This document shows positions 63,750 to 64,000 of a stretch of DNA of 64,000 nt, piece after piece. Numbering within the stretch: the first letter of the stretch is position 1; each line of letters starts with the position of its first letter. Origin of the DNA: Octopus sinensis (lineage: Eukaryota); assembly GCF_006345805.1 (NCBI RefSeq), contig NC_043001.1, positions 3,286,001-3,350,000 of the forward strand, written 5' to 3'. The position numbers were made by a program, and so were the translations under genes. The notes under the pieces were generated by a model. It made no database searches. It saw only the letters and a list, made by a program, of their open reading frames with translations, and had not been told where the DNA came from.

Positions 63750-63785
<36 letters not shown>

Positions 63786-64000
63786 TTATTATTATTATTA
63801 TGATAATTATCATTATTATTATTATTATTATTATCATTTAGTGAGAGAGCAGAGTACGCCATCAAAGTGACGCTGGGGTAAAATATATGAAGCCCAGTAT
63901 ACCCATCATGACTACCTGGCTTTTTAGGGTACACCGGGCACATGCATCACAACCATATGTGCATGACACGGGGATCTCATGTCAAGATAAACAGCGCAAG

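Overview
AT-rich, microsatellite-saturated eukaryotic DNA, most likely an octopus or related coleoid cephalopod (inferred from the SINE and RTE families present; not verified). I found no recognisable host protein-coding gene, no true tRNA or rRNA gene and no CRISPR array. Most long ORFs in the track are microsatellite artefacts. The window looks intronic or intergenic and is built from transposon debris. It holds R4/Dong-type RLE LINEs in (AAT)n tracts, many RTE 3' ends, a HERO-type fragment, mariner/Tc1 fossils, a piggyBac-type MITE, a probable DIRS fossil, at least four tRNA-derived SINE families and Penelope-like element (PLE) remnants. The main signal is four copies of a tRNA-Arg-like SINE whose consensus carries a minimal type I hammerhead ribozyme. 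In three of the four copies an inverted piece of the element's own 3' end lies upstream of the head, as in PLE insertions. Separate (TA)n-flanked inverted repeats with complete or half hammerheads and a GIY-YIG fragment show that PLEs have been active here. The hypothesis is a Pol III, ribozyme-bearing SINE mobilised by Penelope-like machinery. All alignments and folds were done by eye, so element boundaries are approximate (about +/-20 bp) unless exact motifs are quoted.
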